Virus record (IMG/VR): IMGVR_UViG_3300030398_000007
DNA: 64,000 nucleotides
DNA from: a virus
Direction: 5' to 3' (one strand)
The position numbers were made by a program, and so were the translations under genes. Shown here piece by piece: positions 47,153 to 56,815 of this stretch (the first letter of the stretch is position 1; each line of letters begins with the position of its first letter). The notes under the pieces are model-generated. The model was not told the DNA's origin, did no database searches, and saw nothing but the letters and a program-made list of their open reading frames with translations.

Positions 47153-47181
47153 AGTTGACAAAAAATATCGTATGGTATAAT
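47153..47181 (+). promoter_or_regulatory. Sigma70-like promoter TTGACA-N17-TAATAT upstream of the 47229 gene
   Basis: Consensus hexamers read directly from the sequence; RBS AAAGGAGG follows. Confidence 0.5.
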
Positions 47182-47228
47182 ATATGTTATCAGTTTAGTT
47201 GAACGTCACATTCAAAAGGAGGTCCACA

Positions 47229-47465
47229 ATGTTCCTGTTCCTGTTCCTGTTTCCTGTAGCCTTGGTTCTTATATTGGTTTACGCTCCGATATGGGCCAAA
47301 CGATTCGACAGCCGCGTAGCGCAATTGATTTTCTTGACGTGTGTATTGACATTTGTGGGATCTTTGGCGGCCGGCATGTTAACAGGACAATCGCCGCTGC
47401 AGGCATATATGTCTGGACTGAATGCTTTTACACAGGCTATATCTGACGCAGCTAAAGAAAAATAG
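47229..47465 (+). CDS. Small membrane protein
   Basis: RBS AAAGGAGG; 2 TM. Confidence 0.45.
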   Translation: MFLFLFLFPVALVLILVYAPIWAKRFDSRVAQLIFLTCVLTFVGSLAAGMLTGQSPLQAYMSGLNAFTQAISDAAKEK

Positions 47466-47521
47466 AGAACTATTTATTGACAAAAAAAGACTTAATCCCG
47501 TAACGAAAAAAGGAGAAAAAA

Positions 47522-47803
47522 ATGAACAAAGCCTTTGCAGTAAAGGTTTATAAAAATTTCATTGAAATTATGAGATTCCCATTTTCAGCTTTGTGTTTTG
47601 CAGTAGGAACTACAGCTGTTCTATTGACTTCCGTATTTTTGGTTGGGAAATTGGTCTGGCTTGCAGGTGATTTTTGGTGGTCTCCTGGCCGTGAAAACGG
47701 AGAATTTATCATTTTTTCCGTTGGTCTATTTATTGTTTCTGCACTCCTTGAATCTGTCGTTAGAGCCGTTAATCAAAAGGCAGAAGACATTGTTTTTTTA
47801 TAG
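47522..47803 (+). CDS. Small membrane protein
   Basis: RBS AAAGGAGAAAAAA; 2 TM. Confidence 0.45.
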   Translation: MNKAFAVKVYKNFIEIMRFPFSALCFAVGTTAVLLTSVFLVGKLVWLAGDFWWSPGRENGEFIIFSVGLFIVSALLESVVRAVNQKAEDIVFL

Positions 47804-48013
47804 CCTCATTTTTCTATTCGACGAATATTGTTGGGTTGTCTTTTGGGGTTTCTCCAAAAGGTCCTGTAGAATATATTCAAGCTTTTCTATTTACTCTCTT
47901 AATCTTTGGATTCATGACTTTTGCAATATGTTTGATAAGTGAAAAAACGGAATGAAATAAAGTCTTCATAAAATGGCAACGTTTAAAAAACACTCTTGAA
48001 AGGAGAAACAATC

Positions 48014-48334
48014 ATGAACAGTTGCATGGAAAAAAGTATCGAACAAATTCGTGAAACAAATTTCAGAAACGAAAAAAGAAGAAAGGAGCGTTTGGATTTT
48101 GTACGAAACATTCTCAAGAAAAATGACTGGGCTATTTCTGAACTTGAAAGAGAGGGGGTGGACATGTCCGAAATTGTCAGAATCATAAACAGGTGTGAAG
48201 GTTCTGACATTACGGTTCATGAGGTTGAATGTGTCAAAGACGAACGAGACAGGCTTTGCGAACAAGTATTTCTATTTGTTGTAATTATAGTTTATGGGGG
48301 GGTTGTTGTGTGGTTATACTCAAAATTAATATAA
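48014..48334 (+). CDS. Hypothetical protein with C-terminal TM
   Basis: RBS AAAGGAGAAACAATC preceding ATG at 48014; preceded by the duplicated 80-bp leader. Confidence 0.4.
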   Translation: MNSCMEKSIEQIRETNFRNEKRRKERLDFVRNILKKNDWAISELEREGVDMSEIVRIINRCEGSDITVHEVECVKDERDRLCEQVFLFVVIIVYGGVVVWLYSKLI

Positions 48335-48468
48335 GTGAAAAAACGGAATGAAATAAAGTCTTCATAAAATGGCAACGTTAAAAAAACACTCTTGAAAGGA
48401 GGAACAATCATGAACGGTTGCGCAGTTTTCGTAGTTCTTTTATTTGTGTTTACTGTAGTTTTTGAGGT

Positions 48469-48831
48469 ATGGACTCTTTTACACTTTCACCTCCTTTAGG
48501 TTTTGTAACTGGGGCGTTAATTATGGTGCCGATAACGTATCGCAACCAGTCCTTTACTGAATTTTTAGTGATTTATTCATTTCTTTCCCTACTTTTGGGA
48601 TATATAGAATATGCTAAAGCTCCTCTCTCAATTTCCCAAAAAGCATTTGTTATTTCAGGAGCAGGAAGCGATATAAAAGCAAAAAATGACGCTGTAAAAT
48701 GGATAAGAACTCGCAGAACGGCTTCTGAAGATCAAGTCGTCCTGGAAGAACAGAAACTGGAACAAGAAAGTCAGAGTGATTACGAGAAATCTTTAGTCTC
48801 TCATTATGTCAATAAAAAAGGGAGATCCTAA
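48469..48831 (+). CDS. Hypothetical membrane protein
   Basis: ORF with TM helices. Confidence 0.35.
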   Translation: MDSFTLSPPLGFVTGALIMVPITYRNQSFTEFLVIYSFLSLLLGYIEYAKAPLSISQKAFVISGAGSDIKAKNDAVKWIRTRRTASEDQVVLEEQKLEQESQSDYEKSLVSHYVNKKGRS

Positions 48832-49181
48832 TGCCGTATTGGAAAATGAACATTTTTGATATTCTTGCGCTGCTATGGGTTGGTTCAGGTTTGGGCCTTT
48901 TTTGGGAATCCGGGAATAGTCTGTTGCTGCTTCCTGGACCCTTTTGGTTTTTGATTGGGGGAGTATTCTTGGGGCTTGCAATTCAGAGGACAAACATACA
49001 TGGTGTTTTTTAAGAAAAAATCAAAACTGTTTTTAGGCTTGGGAATTCTTTTTGTCTTTGCCTCCATACTTCTCAAGTCGGCAACGGGTTTATCAGACAT
49101 TATTGGGTGGCTAGGCTTGGCTTTTTCTGGACTGGCTTTTATTGGATTGTGGAACACAAACAACACAGAAGGAAACGACCA

Positions 49182-49372
49182 TGAACATTAAAATTATGGC
49201 TTTAGGTGGGATTTGTGTTTTGGCTCTGGCCGGGTGTGGCAAATTAGACAGAACCGTGGCCCATTACAGAGGGTGGTCCGAGATTTGTATCCACGGAGTG
49301 CAGTATCTCCAGTTTTCGAGTGGCGCCTCGGTAGAATATACGCCGGACGGACATGTAAAAAATTGTCAATAA
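49182..49372 (+). CDS. Small lipoprotein (lipobox LAGC)
   Basis: MNIKIMALGGICVLALAGCGK; RBS GGAAACGACC weak; terminator follows. Confidence 0.45.
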
Positions 49373-49405
49373 ATGGGGCCACTTTTCGTGGCCCTTCTTT
49401 TTTCA
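49373..49405. terminator. Bidirectional rho-independent terminator (ggggccacttttcgtggccc + T-run)
   Basis: Hairpin flanked by A- and T-runs between convergent genes. Confidence 0.6.
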
Positions 49406-49440
49406 ATAAAATTCTACATGTTTTTTATATTCTACTGGCT

Positions 49441-51291
49441 TTATTCGTTGTTCCGATCCTTTATAAACCCAAACGCCATTTTTTCCGCACTTGGAAGTGT
49501 CGAGTCAACACCTGTCAATTCCTTCAAATAAAACGCCTTTACGTCGACCCAGACACTCCTCAAATCCTTTTTCGCCCGCAGCCCTTTCTCGACTGTCTCC
49601 AGCCCGGCATTTAAAAAGGGGACTTTGTCTGGCGTTGTTCCCATTTCTTTGGCAAAACGCTTGTGCATTCTGGCAAAGATCGGATTGGCATGTTCCGGTT
49701 TCGGTCTTGGCGTTTCGATCACTTCAAAACGCGACTGCAATGGTTCGTCTATTTTCAGAATGTTATTGGCCGTCGCAATCAGGTTCAAGCTTGTCACGTC
49801 AATATGCCCTTCAAGAAAGTCGTCGTACAGGTTGCTTGCATTTCGGTCGAGATACGCAAGAAGTGCCTGTTGTGCCGTTCCGTATCTTTCTTCCGTGTTC
49901 TGTTTGTCGATTTCGTCCAGGAGAAACAACGGATTGGCCACGCCGCATGAGGCCACAAAAGACAGTATCCGGCTTGGTTTCGGCTTCTTCCACCACCGGC
50001 TCAATGAGCTGATATATTCGACTGAAGAAGACGCTCCGGCAAAACTAAAGGTATCAAACGGCAGTCCGATAAGCCCCGCAAAGTCGGCCGCCCATTCTGT
50101 CTTCCCAATACCTGGAGGTCCGACCAGCAAAATCGGAGGAATGGTGATAACGGCTTGAGTTTTTGACTGTTCGGCAAAATAGATCCGGCCACGAAGACAC
50201 TGCAGCACCCATGCCGTGATTTTGGACAGCCATGGAAATTCGGTGTCCATGGCTTTTTGAATGTCGGCCAGTTTCTCCGTTCCTCCGGAAAAGGTGGCCA
50301 GTGGAATCCCCTTGCCTAACGGCAAGCTTTCCAGAATCCTGTCGAATTCTCCCTTGCCTGATTCTCCCTCATAAGCGTTTGCGTGTCTGATAAAAATATG
50401 TGTTGATTCAGGCAATGTTTTATTCACGCTTGAGCTTGTTGAGGCTATTTCTGGAGAACTTGACATTGTCATTTTTCCAGAGCTTTTTTGTGTATTATTG
50501 GTTTCCAAAGTGTTGTCGTCTAGAATTTCTTCTAGCCATAGATCATTGTCAGAGCCAGAGCATGGGAATTTGTCTTCCACATATTCTTCTGCCAACCACA
50601 TATTTCCATTTTCTATGACGATTTCTTTTGTTTGTTTCTTGTTGTCAGTATAGGTCGAAAATGAGAACTGATTTTCACTTGCGTTTTGGTTTTTCGTTTT
50701 ATCAATACTGGAGCGCCAGGAAACGGTCTTTTTCGTCAATAGGTTTTTTTCTGTATGCTCCTTTAAGACAAGAACGGCCGCCTTTGTATCATAACCCAAA
50801 GCCAATAAGGCCGTCGTAAACGGTACTGGAAACTCGTAAAGCTCAATACGGCTGTTTATGTAAGTTGCCGCGTTCATGACAATGAGCTTGGGACGGAATT
50901 CGTTGCTCAATGAATCCTGTATTTGTTGTTTAAGTTCTTGTGGAGACAATCCCGGAGATAAGATTTGCACACGAAGATTCTTGCTCGCCAATTTCTTTTC
51001 TTTGACTGAAGCATTCTCTAGAAGGGACTGAAGCGCCTTCGAAATAATCGCTTCTGTTGCTCCGATAGAGATATAAAGGACTTGTGCCGGAGGCTTCTCT
51101 TCCGAATCAAAAATTTCATACAATTGGTTGTTCGCGCCGGCAACGCATGTGGCAATAGCCAGACCGACCAGATTGTTGTCCGAATCGTCCGGAAGAAGAA
51201 CAGTACCAAGAGTTCCCTTTTGGAAACCTGAAAAAATTTCGTCGTCAACATTAGACGAATTGTCGAGGAGTTCTTTAACGTCAATGTTCAT
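49441..51291 (-). CDS. Lon-like AAA+ ATPase without protease domain, N-terminal RecA/KaiC-like degenerate domain (paralog 1)
   Basis: ILLVGPPGIGKTE Walker A, NPLFLLDEIDK Walker B identical to Lon, LIATANN sensor-1, LQSRFEVIETPRP arginine-finger/sensor-2 region; ends ~80 aa after the AAA+ module with no S16 protease domain. Confidence 0.7.
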   Translation of the reverse strand: MNIDVKELLDNSSNVDDEIFSGFQKGTLGTVLLPDDSDNNLVGLAIATCVAGANNQLYEIFDSEEKPPAQVLYISIGATEAIISKALQSLLENASVKEKKLASKNLRVQILSPGLSPQELKQQIQDSLSNEFRPKLIVMNAATYINSRIELYEFPVPFTTALLALGYDTKAAVLVLKEHTEKNLLTKKTVSWRSSIDKTKNQNASENQFSFSTYTDNKKQTKEIVIENGNMWLAEEYVEDKFPCSGSDNDLWLEEILDDNTLETNNTQKSSGKMTMSSSPEIASTSSSVNKTLPESTHIFIRHANAYEGESGKGEFDRILESLPLGKGIPLATFSGGTEKLADIQKAMDTEFPWLSKITAWVLQCLRGRIYFAEQSKTQAVITIPPILLVGPPGIGKTEWAADFAGLIGLPFDTFSFAGASSSVEYISSLSRWWKKPKPSRILSFVASCGVANPLFLLDEIDKQNTEERYGTAQQALLAYLDRNASNLYDDFLEGHIDVTSLNLIATANNILKIDEPLQSRFEVIETPRPKPEHANPIFARMHKRFAKEMGTTPDKVPFLNAGLETVEKGLRAKKDLRSVWVDVKAFYLKELTGVDSTLPSAEKMAFGFIKDRNNE

Positions 51292-51494
51292 GTGGCGCCT
51301 CCAAAATATTACCATAGTAGTTGTTATACGATATAATGATCGTACCACAAACTATTCTGGTTGAATCAAAAAGTGGAGACGTTACAGACTGTTTTAAAAT
51401 AGCGAGCGAATGGAATTTTGAGACAACACCATTGGGGCGGCAAAAAACAAAAGACACTTTCGCCGCCACATGGATTTAACCGGCATGGAGAAGA

Positions 51495-53396
51495 CTAAAA
51501 ACCGATCGTCTTTTTTGTTCCATTTGGCATACGGACACTCGTTCCGGTAATTTCTTCAAGAAACGCGGCTCTCATGTTTTGCCAGATTTTTCGTAGGTCC
51601 TCTTCTTTTGTCAAACCTTGTTCGATTGTTTTGACAACCTTATCTGAAATGTGAATATCTTCTGTATCGACGTTCATTTCTTTAGCCAAACGTTTACGCA
51701 TGTTTTTTAGTATTGGTGGAACATGCTCCGGTCGAGGTCTTGGTGTTTCAATGATCTCAAGTCTGGACAACAATGGTTCGTCAATCTTTGACATGTCGTT
51801 GGCTGTCATAATCATATTCAATTTAGACACGTCGATATAACCTTCCAGAAAATCGTCAAATAAATGAGTGGCGTTTCTGTCGAAATAGGCCAAAAGGGCT
51901 TGTTGTGCCGTACCGGCATATCTGTTTTGGCTTTGTTTGTCGATTTCGTCCAATAAAAGTAAGGGATTGGCGACCTTGCAATCTGCAACAAATGACAAAA
52001 TCCGGCTTGGTGTTGGCGTTTCCCACCACCTGCCAAAAGAAGAAACGTTTGCATATCCAATTGACGTACCGGCAAATCCGAACGTGTCAAAAGGAACATT
52101 CAAATATTTTGCAAATGTTGCGGCCCATTCTGTTTTTCCAATTCCTGGAGGTCCAACCAGCAAAATGGGAGGAACTGAAATAACAACTGGTCGATTGGAT
52201 TTTTCGGCAAAATAAAGTTTCCCCTGCAATGATTGAACAATCCACGTTGTTATTTTTTCAAACCATGGAAATTTTGTGTCCAGTTTGTTTCTTATTTCCT
52301 GGAGCTTTTTTTGACCTCCTGAAAATGTAATAAGAGGAAGTTTTTTTCCGGCAGGAAGATTCATTGTGATTCTTTTAAAATCATGAAATCCATTTCTGCC
52401 AGATTCATACGGTTTAAAGCTTTTGACAAAAATATGTGTCGGCATAGATTGTTCGACTTCTTGCATAGTTGTAGAATCTACATAGACAATCTTGTTTGTT
52501 TGTTCCTCTTCTTTTCTCTCTTCGTTTTTCTTTCCCGATCCTCCTTCGTCGGCACTTCTCTTTGCGGACAATTGGTCTTTCAACTTTTCCATTAAATCAA
52601 GTTTTTGCTTCAATAAGTCGATTTGTTCTTTTGAATAATTTTCTTTCTTGATTGATCTATTAAATTGTTTTGTAACGCGTTTAATCTTTTCATTTTCAAA
52701 CACAAAACTCTCTTCATATTTTTTGTCTCCCTCCCAAAAAAAACATGTGTATTTCATTGGGCTTGCCAGAGCCATGGTGTTGTCCACATACAGTCTCCAC
52801 TCGAATGGAGGCTTGACGGGTCCGGTTTTTTCATTCAACTCCCTCAAAAGAAGAATGGAAGAACCGGTTCTTATCGAAAAAGACAAGAGACCATTAGCCA
52901 ATTTGTTATTGAACCCTTCTTTTTCGACATTGATATTTATATAATCGCTGGCGTTTATGACGACAAGATCGGGAGTGCCTCTTTCTTCGCTTATTGAAAA
53001 AAGTGTTTTGGTTATCTCTTCAGTCGAAATGGTCGGAGACATTGTTTCAACGAAAAACAATTCTTGCAGAATCTCTTTTTGAGATTCCGTAAGGTCATTT
53101 AAAAATCGACGCGTTGCGCTTTTAACTGTGGTTTCTCTGTCTCCAATCGAAATATAAAAAACCTTTCTGGTTCTTGGAGCACTTTTATGTAATGAAAAAG
53201 GTTTTTTGGACGAAAGCATTCCGGCCAATTCCGGGTGGCCTCCCGACGCAGTCAGAGCAATCGCTAATCCAATCATATTTTTGTCCGGACTGTCCCCGTG
53301 GAGAATAACTCCAAGCTCCCCTTTGTAAAACCCAAGAAAAATCTCGTCTTTGACGGGATCCGGTATTTGCAGCAATTTATTGATATCCAGGCTCAT
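51495..53396 (-). CDS. Lon-like AAA+ ATPase without protease domain (paralog 2)
   Basis: ILLVGPPGIGKTE, NPLLLLDEIDK, IMTANDMSKIDEPLLSRLEIIETPRP; same architecture as paralog 1. Confidence 0.7.
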   Translation of the reverse strand: MSLDINKLLQIPDPVKDEIFLGFYKGELGVILHGDSPDKNMIGLAIALTASGGHPELAGMLSSKKPFSLHKSAPRTRKVFYISIGDRETTVKSATRRFLNDLTESQKEILQELFFVETMSPTISTEEITKTLFSISEERGTPDLVVINASDYININVEKEGFNNKLANGLLSFSIRTGSSILLLRELNEKTGPVKPPFEWRLYVDNTMALASPMKYTCFFWEGDKKYEESFVFENEKIKRVTKQFNRSIKKENYSKEQIDLLKQKLDLMEKLKDQLSAKRSADEGGSGKKNEERKEEEQTNKIVYVDSTTMQEVEQSMPTHIFVKSFKPYESGRNGFHDFKRITMNLPAGKKLPLITFSGGQKKLQEIRNKLDTKFPWFEKITTWIVQSLQGKLYFAEKSNRPVVISVPPILLVGPPGIGKTEWAATFAKYLNVPFDTFGFAGTSIGYANVSSFGRWWETPTPSRILSFVADCKVANPLLLLDEIDKQSQNRYAGTAQQALLAYFDRNATHLFDDFLEGYIDVSKLNMIMTANDMSKIDEPLLSRLEIIETPRPRPEHVPPILKNMRKRLAKEMNVDTEDIHISDKVVKTIEQGLTKEEDLRKIWQNMRAAFLEEITGTSVRMPNGTKKTIGF

Positions 53397-53482
53397 ACAA
53401 CCTCCAAAATTCTTAAAATGTTTGTCTTTAATTTTGGTGTAAATATATCATAAACAAATATATTTTTCAAGGATATAAACAT

Positions 53483-54133
53483 TCAGTCCAGAACTAAAAT
53501 CCTCCGGCGCTCCAATTGCCTTTTGCATTCTTCTGTATACACGGGATAGGCTTGTGCAATTGCCGCATAAACCTTTCTTCGGATTTCAGCCAATGCCAAA
53601 GACGCTCCGACCTTTCCGGCAATGATCTCCAGGGAATGGTCATATGACGTCAACTCGTGACGGATAAAATTAACCACAATCCTGTCGAGAAAATTTTTGT
53701 CGTTGTTTTTCTTACTGGCAAATTCGCAATCATGGCCGTATTCCATGCTGATATATGCTTTGTGATCGTTGTATGCGTCAATGGCCAGGCTTTTGACTTT
53801 TTCGAACGGCAAGATTTTGACCTGGATTTTCAGTTTCTTAATTTCGGCCATAAGTGCGTCCTTTTTTGTCGTAACGGCTTTTCGCGCAGACGTTTTTCGA
53901 ACGTCCGCCTTGGCTTTTTCTTCCAGAAATTCTGGTGTCTGGCTGACGAATTGGACTCTTGTTCGAAGAAACAATTTTATTGGAGCGGCTGAGGCGAATA
54001 TTGGGTTTGTGGCGGTTTTATCAGGGGCTTGGAGAAATTTCTGGATCAATTTGTCCGTCCACCCCTCGGCCTTGAGACCTTTCAGGCTGACGTACTGTTC
54101 TTTTTCTTCTTGAGATCTTTTTGGTCGCGCCAT
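53483..54133 (-). CDS. Hypothetical basic protein, first gene of the Lon-like operon
   Basis: ORF upstream of and co-oriented with the two AAA+ genes. Confidence 0.35.
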   Translation of the reverse strand: MARPKRSQEEKEQYVSLKGLKAEGWTDKLIQKFLQAPDKTATNPIFASAAPIKLFLRTRVQFVSQTPEFLEEKAKADVRKTSARKAVTTKKDALMAEIKKLKIQVKILPFEKVKSLAIDAYNDHKAYISMEYGHDCEFASKKNNDKNFLDRIVVNFIRHELTSYDHSLEIIAGKVGASLALAEIRRKVYAAIAQAYPVYTEECKRQLERRRILVLD

Positions 54134-54227
54134 GAGTCTTTCCTTTCAAAACGTTTGTCACAATAAATAGCTTGCTATGATAGTATATAATAAATGAGCT
54201 GTTATCGCATTTCGGAACTCTTAAAAA

Positions 54228-54482
54228 ATGGAAAACTCCATGAAAGGTTGTTGCAAAAAACTGTTGAGAAATTCAGGAGATAATCAAGAAGAATCCAGAA
54301 TTGGTTTCGAAAAACTTGAATCAGGTTGTGTCAAGGTCTTTATTGATTTGCCAGACGGATCCCGACATTGGGTTGAAGGACGTTTGGGTGTGATTGAGTA
54401 TCCCTCCAAAAGAAACGCGACCAGGGTGGTGAAAAGAGTCTTGGCTAAAAAGATTGAAAAGGGTTGTGAGGTTCTGAATTAA
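54228..54482 (+). CDS. Hypothetical small protein upstream of the cas operon
   Basis: ORF only. Confidence 0.3.
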   Translation: MENSMKGCCKKLLRNSGDNQEESRIGFEKLESGCVKVFIDLPDGSRHWVEGRLGVIEYPSKRNATRVVKRVLAKKIEKGCEVLN

Positions 54483-54583
54483 ATGTTGAGTCTGGCATAA
54501 GCAGTTTTATGGGTTTTGTTTTGAATTATGCCAAAAATATAAACGATTTAAATATATATTTGTAAAGCACTTTGTCGTTTCTA

Positions 54584-54612
54584 TTGACTTTTGTTGTCAA
54601 TTATGTTATAAC
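54584..54612 (+). promoter_or_regulatory. Sigma70-like promoter TTGACT-N17-TATAAC with overlapping palindrome TTGAC-N7-GTCAA, ~200 bp upstream of cas8f
   Basis: Hexamers and inverted repeat read directly from the sequence. Confidence 0.4.
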
Positions 54613-54812
54613 CATTGCAACAAATGAGTTTTTGTATGGTTTTTGTGGGTCGTTCCTTGAAGGTTTTTTAGAAACGAAACGGTAGCAAATTTTGTATGAT
54701 ATAATATTTAAAAGATAAGGAATGTTCGCAAAACAAAGGTGTAAGATTTAATTTTTTTGTCTAATCTTTTCTTTTTTTAAAAGTATTTTTAAAAAGTCAC
54801 AAGGAAAAATTT

Positions 54813-55946
54813 ATGGCAAAACCAAAAAATTTTAAAAAATTTGTCGCAAGCAAAGAAGATTGTTTTTCCGTATACAACGCTTCGTTTCACCTTTCCGGAA
54901 GGCTAAATCATTCGGAATCTTCTATTGGTATTCGCTACGGTAAAAACGAGGGAATCCTTTTGCCGTATGTTTGTGCTAGAACAATAATTGGGTCTGGTGA
55001 ACTTGTTCCAACGGATTATTTAAACGGTGTGCACGGAGAATCTTTTGGGCAAAAGGTTAGAGATACATTGCATGTTAGAAATCTTCTACTCGATCCCAAA
55101 CTATCGGACGAGCAAAAGAAGCTCCTTCCAACAGAAGAAACCCAACGGACAATACGTGACGCATGGCTTTCCTGGAACCCAAGCCATAAATCCAATGACA
55201 TAGACCTGTTTGATCCAAATTGTAAACAAATTCTTTTACCAGAGAAACTTTCTGACTTTACGAATTACAAGTCTTACACCCCACTTCCTGCTCCAGGCAT
55301 TTCAAAAATGCTACACATAAAATGCAACGATTTTTCAAATACATTAACAGAGTCTAAGGAAGAGAACAAAGAATCTACAACGAATTGCTTCAAATTCTGT
55401 TCAATAGCTTATGGTGGGACTAAACCGCAAAATGTTACGACAATGAGTATAGTCAGAAGCGCGATTGTTGGATTAGCTCCAAAACATAACAAGACTTATG
55501 CAAAATTGTTACGAGCTTTGTATTCTAAAGAAGTTTTTTCGTTATATAACTTCAAAGAAGTTATGGAATCATATTATTCGTGGTTTTTATCAAGAAATAA
55601 CAAGAACAAACATATTGAAAAAATAGAAAATGTTTTGATTGAAAAAATAGTTAAATCAGTAAGTGAACAAATCGAAACTTTTTATAACTCACTATCACAA
55701 AATTTTGATACAGAAGAGATCAAATATGTCACAAATAAAATAAATGACAGATTGCTGTCTGGGATTTGTGATCCTGCTTCCAGAGATTTTGAATGGTTCA
55801 ATATATTATCTTCTGCAATAGTAGAAGAAATGGCTTCTTTCAAATTCGGAAAAAACGGAGAGACAATCTCGTATTCTATTGTTGATAGGAATCGGGTAAG
55901 AACAATCGTTTATAAAACAATTTTAAAACAATATAGAGAAGAATAA
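54813..55946 (+). CDS. cas8f: Cas8f/Csy1-like large subunit (short, 377 aa)
   Basis: First gene of the operon, 1-nt overlap with cas5f. Assignment rests on synteny with csy2-csy3-cas6f; no strong motif recognised. Confidence 0.5.
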   Translation: MAKPKNFKKFVASKEDCFSVYNASFHLSGRLNHSESSIGIRYGKNEGILLPYVCARTIIGSGELVPTDYLNGVHGESFGQKVRDTLHVRNLLLDPKLSDEQKKLLPTEETQRTIRDAWLSWNPSHKSNDIDLFDPNCKQILLPEKLSDFTNYKSYTPLPAPGISKMLHIKCNDFSNTLTESKEENKESTTNCFKFCSIAYGGTKPQNVTTMSIVRSAIVGLAPKHNKTYAKLLRALYSKEVFSLYNFKEVMESYYSWFLSRNNKNKHIEKIENVLIEKIVKSVSEQIETFYNSLSQNFDTEEIKYVTNKINDRLLSGICDPASRDFEWFNILSSAIVEEMASFKFGKNGETISYSIVDRNRVRTIVYKTILKQYREE

Positions 55947-56815
55947 TGACACAATTTTTGCATGTTTCTCACCTTAAAGTAACAGGAGCAAATGTTTTGT
56001 CTGCCTCCTGGCTTGTAAGTCCAGCGCAGGTAATTCCGGCGCTTATGTTTTCCCACAATATGGGACGCAGAACTGGATTCTCACCAACAGGAGTGGCAAT
56101 TGTTCACCATGACTATAATCTGGTAGGCGAATGGTTTTGTGGTGGATTTGGAGCTTATCAACGAACAGAAATTGGGGCTGGCGTTTCTGGAAACAAGGTT
56201 CGTGGACCAAGCCAACCAACGATACTAGCAGACATGGAGTTGTCTCTTTACATAGAATTTGAAGGGGATCCCCCTTCAGAATCGGCACTAAAAAAATTTT
56301 TCGAAGGTGGCATAAGGTTTTCTGGCGGTACTGCACAGATCAGAAAACCAAATTCTGGATATCGCCAAATTGTTGAGGGGGTTAAAAAAGAGTCTGGATT
56401 TTGGATTGTTGACAGAACGGATCTAGTCGACCCCAAACAACCATTAAATTCTATTGTAAACAATATTGGGTTCAAAAACTTCAATAAAGGAAAAGATTCT
56501 TGGCTGTGTCCAGCAGTTTTGGCGCATGTAATGGCTGAAGGCCCTATTGGTACTGGAAGAGAAGATTATCCGCAATATTACGGAGAACCTTGTGTTGGTC
56601 TTGTCCAATATATTTCCGTACACGAGTATAAGGATTTTTGTTCGTCTCAAACAGAACTGTCAAACAGAACAACGCCAATTTTATGGTGGGGAACAATTCC
56701 TGTTTGGAGAATGAACTGGAATGAAGTTCCGGATCTTGACGAGAATCCAGTCAAGATTTTTTTTGTAACACAATCTTTAACACCCATTAAACGAAATGGA
56801 GATCTAAATGTCTAA
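55946..56815 (+). CDS. cas5f: Cas5f/Csy2-like
   Basis: Position between cas8f and cas7f with overlapping stops/starts; length ~289 aa. Confidence 0.5.
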   Translation: MTQFLHVSHLKVTGANVLSASWLVSPAQVIPALMFSHNMGRRTGFSPTGVAIVHHDYNLVGEWFCGGFGAYQRTEIGAGVSGNKVRGPSQPTILADMELSLYIEFEGDPPSESALKKFFEGGIRFSGGTAQIRKPNSGYRQIVEGVKKESGFWIVDRTDLVDPKQPLNSIVNNIGFKNFNKGKDSWLCPAVLAHVMAEGPIGTGREDYPQYYGEPCVGLVQYISVHEYKDFCSSQTELSNRTTPILWWGTIPVWRMNWNEVPDLDENPVKIFFVTQSLTPIKRNGDLNV

